The translations under genes were made by a program, and so were the position numbers. Below the pieces are notes generated by a model. That model saw only the letters and a program-made list of their open reading frames with translations. It had not been told where the DNA came from and did not search any database. DNA of 64,000 nt from Longimicrobiales bacterium (GTDB lineage: Bacteria > Gemmatimonadota > Gemmatimonadetes > Longimicrobiales > Gaopeijiaceae). Location of the stretch: positions 1,408,001 through 1,472,000 of the forward strand of contig CAXXKM010000001.1 of assembly GCA_963664435.2 (NCBI GenBank). Reading direction: 5' to 3'. Shown here piece by piece: positions 48,986 to 58,700 of the stretch. Numbering within the stretch: the stretch's first letter is position 1; each line of letters begins with the position of its first letter.

Positions 48986-50998
48986 ATGACCGAACGACCG
49001 GATGTCCCCGGAGCGCTGAACTTTCCCGCTCTCCGCGAAGACTTCGTTCCGCTTCCAGCGAGTGAGCCCGATGGTTTCCGGCACGTGCTCTTCGTTGGCA
49101 CGACCGGTGCTGGGAAGACGACCCTTGTCCGGCAGCTTATTGGCACCCATCCCGCCACGGAACGCTTTCCGTCAACCTCGACTGCGAAGTGCACCATACA
49201 CGATACGGAGATCATCCTAGGCCAGGCCCCGTGGCGGGCGGTTGTCACGTTTGTTTCGAGTGACCAAGCCCGTGGGCATCTGAACGAATGTATCTCTGCG
49301 GCACTCCTCGCGGTTATTCGAGGGGAAGACGATGCGACCGTGCTCCCGCGTCTGCTGGACCATGTCGAACAGCGGTTTCGCTTCAGCTACGTGCTCGGAC
49401 GAGGGCCGACCACGACGCAGCGGTCCGGGTTGTTTGGTGATGAAGACGAGGGGCGCGATGGGGGAATTGGCGAGCTTGGGGGCGAGGCGGTGGGTATCGA
49501 CTTGACCGCTACGAACGAGCTGCTCACGCGCTCCCTGACAAGACTCCGCAGCCTAGCGGGGCAGCTGCGAGAGCGAGTCCGCGCCACACTGCTGTTGAGC
49601 GAAGACGATCAATCGGAGGAGAACGAAGACGTTATCCAGGAGTTGTTGGAAGAGGAACACGAGGCCGAGCTGAAGGACACAGATGTCCGCGAGATTGCTG
49701 ATCCCTTGATGGACGAAATCGAAAAGCGCTTCGGTCTGCTCCCGGCGAGTTCCTTAACGAGAACGCCGCAAGGTTGGCCTCTGACGTGGTGCGGAAGCTG
49801 GCCCGCGGAGGAGCGCGGCGAGTTTCTCGGGTCGGTCTCGCGGTTTTCGAGTAACTACCGGCCCCTGTGGGGTCAACTCCTGACGCCCCTGGTAAGTGGG
49901 ATTCGTGTCGCCGGCCCGTTTGCTCCTAGGTGGAAGAGCGGACGGGCTCCCAAGCTCGTATTGTTCGATGGTCAAGGCTTAGGACACACCCCGAAATCGT
50001 CGTCTTCGGTGTCCACAGCATTGAGTCGACTCATCGATGCGACAGACGCGGTGGTTCTCGTGGACAACGCCGCACAGCCTATGCAGGCTGCGGCACTCGC
50101 AATCATGGACGAGCTTGCGAGCACCGGCAACGGACGCAAGCTGATCTTGGCCTTTACCCACCTCGATCAAGTCCAGGGTGACAGCCTTCCAACCACCAGC
50201 GACAAAGCTAGGCACGTGTTGGAATCGGCAGAGAACGCGATCTCCGCCCTCCGCGATCCCTACGCCCAGCGCGTTCTTCGAGAGCGACTGCATGCAGCCA
50301 GCTTCTTCTTGGCGGACCTTCAAGAGCAGCTTCCAGAACACACTACTTCCGGTCGCCGCACTATCAAGCAACTCGTGGGCCTACTGGATGCCGTCGACCA
50401 AGTAATCGAAAGGCCGCAGCCCACGGAAGCGTCTCCGATCTACGACCGACTCACTCTCGTCGCTTCGATTCTTCGCGCGCTGGAAGCCTTTCACGAGGAG
50501 TGGCGACCCACGCTCGGTCTTGGCCCCCGGCGGAGCGAGAAGAGACATTGGGCAACGATCAAGGCACTGAGTCGGCGCCTCGCCGAAATGGGAGAGGACG
50601 AGTACGGTGGTCTACGACCAGTTGCGGACCTGCGGAAGAAGCTGGTGGTCCGAATCAACCGTTTCATCCGCAAGCCCTCACGATGGGAGGGTCCCGAGGC
50701 CACTGAGGAGGAGAAAACGGAGAAGTACGCTTCTCTCGCCAGTAGCTTGGGTCGGCGGCTAACCGATCTATCGGACCGTCGTGTCTGGTCGGAGCAAATG
50801 CACCTCTGGAAGCGCGCATTCTCGCGACGCGGGCGAGGGTCGACCTTTGTTCGAGCCGAGATTATCGGCAATGACATCTACGAACGCGCGGCACCAGTCG
50901 CGGACGACACACCCTCGTCGGTCCGCAACCGGTGTCTGCGAGACGTAGTTGACGAATTCGAAGCTGCTGCGGACGAAGTTGGAGCGCAGATCATATGA
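48986..50998 (+). CDS. Dynamin-like/TRAFAC P-loop GTPase, uncharacterised
   Basis: G1 GTTGAGKTT, G2 STAKCT, G3 DGQG, G4 THLD; long helical insert and tail. Confidence 0.8.
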   Translation: MTERPDVPGALNFPALREDFVPLPASEPDGFRHVLFVGTTGAGKTTLVRQLIGTHPATERFPSTSTAKCTIHDTEIILGQAPWRAVVTFVSSDQARGHLNECISAALLAVIRGEDDATVLPRLLDHVEQRFRFSYVLGRGPTTTQRSGLFGDEDEGRDGGIGELGGEAVGIDLTATNELLTRSLTRLRSLAGQLRERVRATLLLSEDDQSEENEDVIQELLEEEHEAELKDTDVREIADPLMDEIEKRFGLLPASSLTRTPQGWPLTWCGSWPAEERGEFLGSVSRFSSNYRPLWGQLLTPLVSGIRVAGPFAPRWKSGRAPKLVLFDGQGLGHTPKSSSSVSTALSRLIDATDAVVLVDNAAQPMQAAALAIMDELASTGNGRKLILAFTHLDQVQGDSLPTTSDKARHVLESAENAISALRDPYAQRVLRERLHAASFFLADLQEQLPEHTTSGRRTIKQLVGLLDAVDQVIERPQPTEASPIYDRLTLVASILRALEAFHEEWRPTLGLGPRRSEKRHWATIKALSRRLAEMGEDEYGGLRPVADLRKKLVVRINRFIRKPSRWEGPEATEEEKTEKYASLASSLGRRLTDLSDRRVWSEQMHLWKRAFSRRGRGSTFVRAEIIGNDIYERAAPVADDTPSSVRNRCLRDVVDEFEAAADEVGAQII

Positions 50999-51675
50999 AC
51001 GGCACGGAGGGCGATGCGGTGCCGGGGGAATAGCGGCTTGGCTCGCCACTGGCGGATCGTCCACTGGTTCGGGTGGCAGGCAGGGGCTATCTACCGCTCT
51101 AACTCCGCAGGACTTCGTGTCGTTCAGGGATCGAAGGGGCGGAGCCCCTCGCCAGCCCCGTTGTATGACAAGGGGTAGGCTGGCTTGTCTACCTTAGCGA
51201 TGTCCGACAAGCCCCTCCGCCGCGGCCACGGACGTTCCGGTGCGGCCCGGCAAGTCGGCCCGTTTGACGTGCTCGCGCCCGCGCCCGATCCCCCAAACGC
51301 CGGGCTCTGGTTTCACCCGGCGACCGAGCCCCGCGCGCCGACGGCGCATCGCGCCGTCTCGTGGTAGCCGTCCGGGAAGCCCGCCCTCTGCGGCCCAAGG
51401 CGACCACGCCGCCCGGCAAGCTAGCGCTGGCGATCCGCCCGGCGCGCCGGGCGGTCCGGCAGAATCCCGCGTGCTACCTGGCCGCGCCCGCACAGGGAAT
51501 GGCTCCCTTCGATGGCAACGCATGGTGGCGCCTGATACGTGACTACTCGCGTTCGGTTGATACCGCCGCTTGCCCGCAGCGGTGCCCCATCCTCGGAAAC
51601 GGGCGAAGGGGCCGACCCATACGAACCCTCCTCGCCTCGGTCGCGGGTGGAAGAAAGATCCCGGGGTCAGGCGTG

Positions 51676-52026
51676 TCACGAGGTTCCCTCGCACCGCACG
51701 GAGCGCTCCACCGCGCTGAAGAGCCGGATGTTGCCCTGCCCCCCGCCCTCGACGCTGAAATCCCCGCCCGCACGGCACTGCGCCAGGGTTGCGCTGTCGA
51801 GATTGAGCTGCGCGCAGGCGGCGGCCAGCGCCTCTCCCAACGCCTCTTCGCGCGACGCGCCCGTGCCCGTGCCGCTTCCCGAGCCGGACGGCGAGGACAT
51901 CGAGCCGAAGGTCGAGGGCACGAGCGTCAGCGTCACGCTGCACATCCACGCCTCGCTCTCCATCATGCTTTCGCAGGCCACCACGGCACACAGTGCGAGC
52001 AGCGTGCTTCTCAGTCTGACCCACAT
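51676..52026 (-). CDS. Small Cys-containing lipoprotein
   Basis: Lipobox VVAC; four further Cys; AGGAGGAG RBS. Confidence 0.7.
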   Translation of the reverse strand: MWVRLRSTLLALCAVVACESMMESEAWMCSVTLTLVPSTFGSMSSPSGSGSGTGTGASREEALGEALAAACAQLNLDSATLAQCRAGGDFSVEGGGQGNIRLFSAVERSVRCEGTS

Positions 52027-52053
52027 GGATTCTCCTCCTTGTTTGGCGTTGCC

Positions 52054-53046
52054 TCAGCCAGCTCCGGGGTCGGCCGGCCTGAATCTCAACTCGAGAGCGC
52101 GAATGCCGCGGTCGAGCGTGGGACCCAACTCGAAAGCGCCCGCCGCGAGCATTTCGGCGGTCACCCGAAGCTGGTGCACGCCGTACACGTCGTCCTCGGT
52201 CATGTCCACGTCGACCACTCGGATGAGAAGAACGTCGTCGGGGTAGACCGTAAGCACGGGCGTCGAGCCGAAGTGCACGGTCTTCTCCTCGCTGTCGACG
52301 GTTGCCGTGTACCCGACAATGGCGTCCAAGAGGCTTCTTCGTTCGCCGCCAGCGGCGGAAACCCTCGCCTCCAGCGTGGCGACACTGTCGCGCAACTCCT
52401 CCAGCGCGGCCGACTCACCCGGAGTGAGCGCCGGTCCCGGCCGCAGTTCGCTCCTCTCCCTCTTCTCCGCAAGCGCCCGAAGCTCCCGGAACTCCTCTGC
52501 GCCCGCCTCCACGAGCGTCAGCTCCTCGAGCTCGGTCAGCCGCCTCCGCTCCGCCTCCGTGAGTTCCGGTCCGGGCACCACTTCCGAGAGCCTCCGCTTT
52601 TCCACCAGCGGGTCCATGGAGCGGGCGAATCCGGCGGACTCCTCCCGCCAGCGATCCATCCGGTCGCCGAGTTGGTGAATCCTGCGCAGGACGGGTGGAG
52701 CTCGGCGCTGTATCTCCACCCGGTAGTCCGGCCGCGAGAACGTGTCGCCCCCTCCGGCTCCGACGGTGACCCGGCCAACCGACACCGTGTACCCGCGCTC
52801 TTGGACGATCTCCCCGGCATCCGGCGCAACCGACGAGCTCGACCCCGGCCCCGTGGCCCTCGCGCTCGCCGACACGGCTTGGCCTGCGGCAGGCGTTCGG
52901 TCGAGCACGGGTCCGGTCCGCGCGTCGCCCCAGCCGATTCCCCAAGCGAACAGCGGGACCACGGCGAGCACGGGCAGCAGCCCCGGCCAACCCCCGGTTA
53001 CCGTTGGTGGTCCGTGTTCCAGGACTCGGTTGTGGGGCGAACTCAT
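52054..53046 (-). CDS. Membrane-anchored protein with a split C2-like domain and coiled-coil insert
   Basis: TM LLPVLAVVPLFAWG; GDTFSRPDYRVEI...LIRVVDVDMTEDDVYG; ATG overlaps the upstream stop. Confidence 0.6.
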   Translation of the reverse strand: MSSPHNRVLEHGPPTVTGGWPGLLPVLAVVPLFAWGIGWGDARTGPVLDRTPAAGQAVSASARATGPGSSSSVAPDAGEIVQERGYTVSVGRVTVGAGGGDTFSRPDYRVEIQRRAPPVLRRIHQLGDRMDRWREESAGFARSMDPLVEKRRLSEVVPGPELTEAERRRLTELEELTLVEAGAEEFRELRALAEKRERSELRPGPALTPGESAALEELRDSVATLEARVSAAGGERRSLLDAIVGYTATVDSEEKTVHFGSTPVLTVYPDDVLLIRVVDVDMTEDDVYGVHQLRVTAEMLAAGAFELGPTLDRGIRALELRFRPADPGAG

Positions 53047-55676
53047 GACTTCGTCACTTCGTTTTCGCTCTTGTACTTGCCGCGGACGCCGGCGGCGGTG
53101 ATATCGCCCACCATGCGGTACTTGCCCGATGATGCGTTGTTCAGGTTGTAGCCGCACAGGCTATCCGTCTTCTTCGTGCCCGCGATGTCCTGCCAGCCGG
53201 ACCCTGAGTCTCGCTGCCACCATGTCTCGTGAAAGTCCCATCTCTTCCCGTTGAACGTGCCGTTGGCGGCCAGACAACCCGTATTGCCCGCGCCGAGGCT
53301 GATTCCCCCGACCTGCAACCGAACCCCGCCAGTGTTCGTGATCTTCAGTCCGGTGAGCGTCTTGAAGTCGCCGCCGGTGTCGCCCGCGACCGTGACGCTG
53401 AACGCCTGTTCGGCGGCGAGGCCGCCGGGGTCTCTGGCCGTCACGCGAATCGTCGCTTCGCCATCGGCCACCGCCTTGACGGTTACCGTGTCCCCCGAGA
53501 CGGATGCCGTCGCGACGCTCGCGCTCGAGGAACTGGCCGTGTAGGTGAGGGCGTCGCCGTCCGGGTCGCGGAAGTAGTCGGAGGCGTTCACCGTCGTGCT
53601 GTCGCCCGGCTTCAGCGTTTTCGCGGATATGGAGCCCACGGTCACGGGCGATTGGTTGCTGCTTCCGCCGCCCACGGTCACTTCATTCTCGCTCCTGTAC
53701 TTGCCGCGAACGCCGCCAACGGTGAACTCGCCAACAAACCGGTACACGCCGGCCTTCGCGCTTGCGAGACCGTATCCGCAAAGCTGCCCGTTCTTCCGGG
53801 TGCCGGAGACCTGAGCCCAGGCGGAACCGGCGACGTTGTCCCTTCTCTGCCATTCGGTCCAGTGAACCTCGTAACTCACGCCGTTGATGGTGACCCGACT
53901 GGTCCCAAAGCATCCGCTGTTCGTGAAGTTCCCCCACTTCAGAGCGCCCGCTTGCGTGATCGTCAGCCCGCTTATCGTCTTGTAGTCGCCCCCGGTGTCG
54001 CCCGCCACCGTGACGCGAAACGTCTGTTCCGCCATGAGGCCGCCGGGGTCGGTGGCGGTGACTCGGATGGTTGCAGTGCCTTCCGCCACGGCCGTGACCG
54101 TCCCGATGTCGCCGGACAGCCGCACCGTCGCCACGCTCGTGTTCGAGGACGTGGCGCTAAACGACAACGCGTCGCCGTCCGGGTCACTGAAGTAGTCCGA
54201 TGCGTCCCCCTCGATGCTATCCCCCACCGCGATCACCGTGTCGGGTATGGAACCCACCTTCACAGGGGACCGATTGTCCGAATCGCAGACCGGACCTCCG
54301 TTGTAGCTGTCCTCGTCGATCGCGGCAATCGAGGCGAGCCACGCTTGGAAGCCGATCTCGGCGGGCGAACACAGGTCGGTGCCATGCCAATAGAACGCGT
54401 CGAGTAGCAGGGCCTGCAAATCCAGCGGAAGCGGCCCCGCCAGACCCCCGTTGTTGCTGATCGCCAAGCTGTGCAGGTCGGTGTTCCCAAGTTCGGCGGG
54501 GACCGGCCCGCTCAGTTCGTTGTCGTGCAGCCACAGCACCCGCAGGTCCTCCCAGGCACCATACGACTCCGGCGTGGGAATGGGGCCTGTCAGCTGATTG
54601 TCGTAGAGCCACAACGCCTCGAGATTCCGGAGGCCGGCCAGCTCGGACGGGATCTCGCCGGTCAGCTTGTTCCTCGACAGGGACAGGTTCTCGATGTAGT
54701 AGAGGTTGCCAAGTTCTTTCGGAATCGGGCCAGTCAGTTCGTTCCCCCACAGACGCAGATCGACCAGGTAGTTTCGCAGAGAGCCCAGCTCCGCCGGAAT
54801 CCTGCCCGTGAGCCTGTTGCCGCCCAAATCGAGCCGATGGAGAGACCGCATGGAGCCGACCTCCTTGGGGATCTCGCCGGTCAGCCGGTTGCGCCACAAG
54901 TACAGTCGCTCGAGCCGCGTCAAAGCTCCCACCTCCGGCGGGATCTCACCGGTCAGCTGGTTGTCTTGGAGGTACAGTCGCTCGAGGTCGTTCATCGAGC
55001 CCACCTCCGGCGGGATCTCGCCGGTCAGCCGATTACGTCCAAGCGACAAAACTTCGACGTCGTCCAATGCGCCCAGCTCCGGGGGGAGCGATCCGTCCAG
55101 CCCGCGGTTGTGAAGGTAGAGCCTCTCCACCCCAAAGGTGCCGAGGACCACGCCGTCCCACTCCGTCATCACGGTTGCGGTGTCCCAGTTCAATGACACC
55201 GTGCCGCGCAGTTGGTCCATCGCGGCGAGCAGCGCGTCGCAATCGTCGTCGAAGAAGAGCCAACCGCGTTCGAAATCCAGGGCCGGCGAATCGCGGTGAC
55301 AGACCTCGGGAATGTCCAAGTCCAGACTCCGCGCGATGTTGCTCGCCGCGTTGCCGGCGTTGTCTAGCCTCGCGGGGCTGCGAGCAGGCTCGTCGGTGCG
55401 TGTGGAGTCCGGGACACCGGAGGCCGGCACCAGCCCGTCCAGTTCGTCGTCACGCTCGCCGGCCGAGGGATACCCCAACTCGCTCTCCCGCTCCAATCGA
55501 TCGAGTTCCGCCGGGCCTATCCCGTGAATAGCAAGGCTGGGATTGAGCGGCACGTCAACCGGCGTGTCGTCGAAGGCAGGCGACATCGGCTCGTCGACGC
55601 AGGCGGCCAAGGTCGCGATGACGGCCACAATCAGGGTTGCCCCCGGCGTGAAGAGCTTGGGGTTGCTGGCAAGCAT
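53043..55676 (-). CDS. Lipoprotein with plant-type leucine-rich repeats and two [Ig-like + beta-domain] modules
   Basis: Lipobox LAAC; about 9 24-aa LxxLxLxxNxLTGxIPxExG repeats; YFxDPDGDAL Ig/cadherin-like domains; GAGGAG RBS before ATG at 55676. Confidence 0.9.
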   Translation of the reverse strand: MLASNPKLFTPGATLIVAVIATLAACVDEPMSPAFDDTPVDVPLNPSLAIHGIGPAELDRLERESELGYPSAGERDDELDGLVPASGVPDSTRTDEPARSPARLDNAGNAASNIARSLDLDIPEVCHRDSPALDFERGWLFFDDDCDALLAAMDQLRGTVSLNWDTATVMTEWDGVVLGTFGVERLYLHNRGLDGSLPPELGALDDVEVLSLGRNRLTGEIPPEVGSMNDLERLYLQDNQLTGEIPPEVGALTRLERLYLWRNRLTGEIPKEVGSMRSLHRLDLGGNRLTGRIPAELGSLRNYLVDLRLWGNELTGPIPKELGNLYYIENLSLSRNKLTGEIPSELAGLRNLEALWLYDNQLTGPIPTPESYGAWEDLRVLWLHDNELSGPVPAELGNTDLHSLAISNNGGLAGPLPLDLQALLLDAFYWHGTDLCSPAEIGFQAWLASIAAIDEDSYNGGPVCDSDNRSPVKVGSIPDTVIAVGDSIEGDASDYFSDPDGDALSFSATSSNTSVATVRLSGDIGTVTAVAEGTATIRVTATDPGGLMAEQTFRVTVAGDTGGDYKTISGLTITQAGALKWGNFTNSGCFGTSRVTINGVSYEVHWTEWQRRDNVAGSAWAQVSGTRKNGQLCGYGLASAKAGVYRFVGEFTVGGVRGKYRSENEVTVGGGSSNQSPVTVGSISAKTLKPGDSTTVNASDYFRDPDGDALTYTASSSSASVATASVSGDTVTVKAVADGEATIRVTARDPGGLAAEQAFSVTVAGDTGGDFKTLTGLKITNTGGVRLQVGGISLGAGNTGCLAANGTFNGKRWDFHETWWQRDSGSGWQDIAGTKKTDSLCGYNLNNASSGKYRMVGDITAAGVRGKYKSENEVTKS

Positions 55677-55756
55677 TGAAGGTCTCCTCTTGGATGCGTC
55701 GCGAAGTGCGGTGCTCCGTGATCGAGTTGGTGTGCCGTGGGCTCGCCGGGGCATGG

Positions 55757-58700
55757 TCATCGTTCGTTCCCACGGTTCGGGATCCCCCGGCTGAAAAGGA
55801 CCTCGATGTCTTGGGCATTCGCCGCTGCCGCGGCGGGTACGCGGCTCGGGGCCGGGGCCTGTGGCGCACCGTCGAGGATGCCCCGGATCCGGCCGGTTGC
55901 CGGGTCGCGCAGAATGGTCATGGGCAGATCGGTGTCGCGGTCGAGGCCGATCGAGCCGCCCGGGCCTTGCAGCGTGATCGCCACGAGTTCCTGCGTCCAT
56001 GTGACCGGCACGGCGAACGAGAACCCGGCACGCTGGTCCTCGGTGTCGGTGAACTCCGACATGGCGAAGGCCAGGGAGAACAACTCCGTGCCCGCGTCGT
56101 CCGTCCCGGTGAGCGACCATGGACCGTCGGCTTCCGGAAGCGCGGGCGGGGCGTCGATGAAGAAGGAGGGCCTGAGGCGCGGCGCTCCTTCGCCGTCCAG
56201 ACCGCCCCATACGAGCAGCGCGCGGCCGGAGGCGGCCTGGGCGACGTCCGCGGCGGCGATCAGGATCGAGCCGGTCTCGGTCTCGAGGCGGTAGCGGACG
56301 GCGTTGGTGAACTGGTAGTCGCTCGTCCAGGTGGGCTCGCAGTAGGACATGAAGTCCGGCTGGCCCGGCGGCACAAGCTCGCCGGTGCCGAAGTCGTAGC
56401 CCCACGCGCCGATGTTGCCCTCCCCGTAGGGATAGTACCGGTCCGGACCGCCGGCTCCGCCGCATGGCGCGTGGTAGAGATTACGGTTGTGGCCGAACTC
56501 GTGCGCGATGGTTTCGGAGTCGAGGACCGAGAAGCTCGACCAGCTTCCGATGCCGTTCGCCACACCGAGGAGACCGCCCGGCCCCGTGGGTCCGGCCATG
56601 ACCGCCAAGTAGTGGCCGCGCCCGCCCTCGGCGACCCGGATCATCTCGGCCTCCGCGAGGAGCTCGAACCCGTTGTTTGTGGACGTTGCTACGGGCGGGT
56701 GCGCGGTCGCGTCGATCTCGGAGACCGGCAGCAGCAGGTGCGTGCGCTCGAACAGTTCGTGGCCCTCCGGGTCGGCGGCCATGGCGGCAACCGTCGCGAT
56801 GATCGAGGAGTCCGGACTCTCCTGCCAGATGAAGGGCACCAGCGTCACCTCGAAGACCGGCATCGCGCGCACATCCACCGCCATCCGGCCCGCGGCGGGG
56901 ATCCGGCGCGCCACGCCCAGCGCCGGATCGAGCGTCCCGTCCGGATCCGGCTCGATCACGACCTCGAGACCGGGCTGGATCACCCGGCCGGGGATCTCCG
57001 CGTTCACGGACCTCCCCAGGGAACTCTCGTCGATCTTCGCGGGGATGAGATCGGACGCGCCGGGAATGTCCGCCACGTGGGTCACGGCTCCGTCCCGGTA
57101 GAAGGTGGCCCGCACCGGGGGCATGGCGGCGGCTCCTTGCTTTGCCGTGACGAACACGCGTAGCAGCGCGGACTCGCCAGCGACCAGCGGCACCGGGAAC
57201 TCGCGGGACTGGACGGCCTGCGTAAGATAGGCGGCCGCGTCGCCGTCACGGGCACAATGCGCCACCCGCTGGCGCGTCACCCCTTCGAGCCAGTCGAGGA
57301 ACTCCGGGTCCGCCGGCGCGCACAGGCCGGTCCCGGTCGTGTGCAGGTCCTCGAGATGCTCCAGCGCCGTCAGGCCCAGGGGAAGGGGGCCGGCCAAGCC
57401 GGCGTTGCCGGCAAGACCCAGACTCGCAATGCCCGTGAACTCGAGCAGCCCCACGGGCAGGGAGCCGCTGAACTTGTTGGACGAGAGGTCCAGAATCTCC
57501 AGGCTCGGAAAGCTGACGGAACGCGAACGCACGGCCCTCGAAGACCGATCCCGTCTCGTCCAATCCTGGCCCGCAAGGTGCCCTAATTCGTCCGGTTTCG
57601 TAGAGACGGCCATCGACCGGATGCCTTGGGAACTCTCCCAAGGACTGCGCGGTTCCCTCAACGTTTTGTGGGCGGCGGGCGGATCGCTGGCGGACAGCGC
57701 AAGGCGCTGCGCAACACCTGCCCCGACGAGCCCCGTTGGAACGTCGGTCAGTTGGTTACCGGCAAGATCCAGAAAGGACAGGTTCGGCAGCGTGGCGAGT
57801 TCCCGTGGGAACGACGCGAACTTGTTGGACGCGAGTTCCAGCAGTTCCAGGCTCGCCATCCCGCCGAGTCCCGGCGGGACGGACGAAAGCCGGTTGTGTT
57901 CGAGGGCCAGCCATTCCAGGTTCCCCAGGTTACCCAAGTCGTTCGGGATGGACGTCAGATCGTTTTGATGAAGCCACAGAACTTCGAGATTGTCCAGACG
58001 GCCCAGTTCCCTGGGGACGGACGAAAGCCGGTTCGAGCCGATATCCAGCAATAGGAGGCTGACAAGGCTGCCGAACTCCGGTGGAACGGATGTCAACATG
58101 TTGGCCCCGAGTCGCAGCACCTGGAGGTTGTGCAGTTCGCCGAGATCCGCCGGGACGGTCATCAGTTCGTTGCCAAGGATCCACAGCACCTGCAGGCTTG
58201 CCAAACGGCCCAATTCTGGGGGAACAGACGTCAATCGGTTGTATTCGAGGGCAAGCTCTTTCAGGCTGACCAACCCACCCAGCTCCGCCGGGACGGACGT
58301 CAATTGGTTGTTGTTGAGGTGAAGCTCCTGCAAGCGGGGCAACGCGCCCAACTCCGCCGGGATGGGGCCCGAAAGCGAGTTGATCGAGAGGGCAACGTAT
58401 TCGGCCCCGGCCAGCGCGCCCAACTCCGCCGGGATGGACCCGCTCAACTGATTGCGATGGAGGGCCAACAACTTCAGTTCGGTCAGCTCGCCCAACTCGG
58501 GCGGAATCGGCCCGGACAGCCTGTTCCCCCAGAGGCTCAGCGTTTCCAGCTCGGTCAGCTCGCCCAACTCGGGCGGGATCGGCCCCTCCAGTCCATTCCT
58601 CACCAACTTCAGGCTCACGACCCGTCCGTCCGCGTCCGTTTCCACGCCGTACCATGTTCCGAGCGGAGCATCGGCCAGCCAGTTGCCGGACTCCTCCCAG

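Noticed and set aside
44240..51112. TCCTGTGAGCGTTAGAG (44240) versus inverted TCCTGCGGAGTTAGAG (51097-112) as island ends
   Set aside because: Short, gapped and inverted match; not distinguishable from chance
51000..51675. GC-rich hairpins and ORFs downstream of the GTPase
   Set aside because: Only short palindromes, as expected at this GC content; no convincing gene or RNA family
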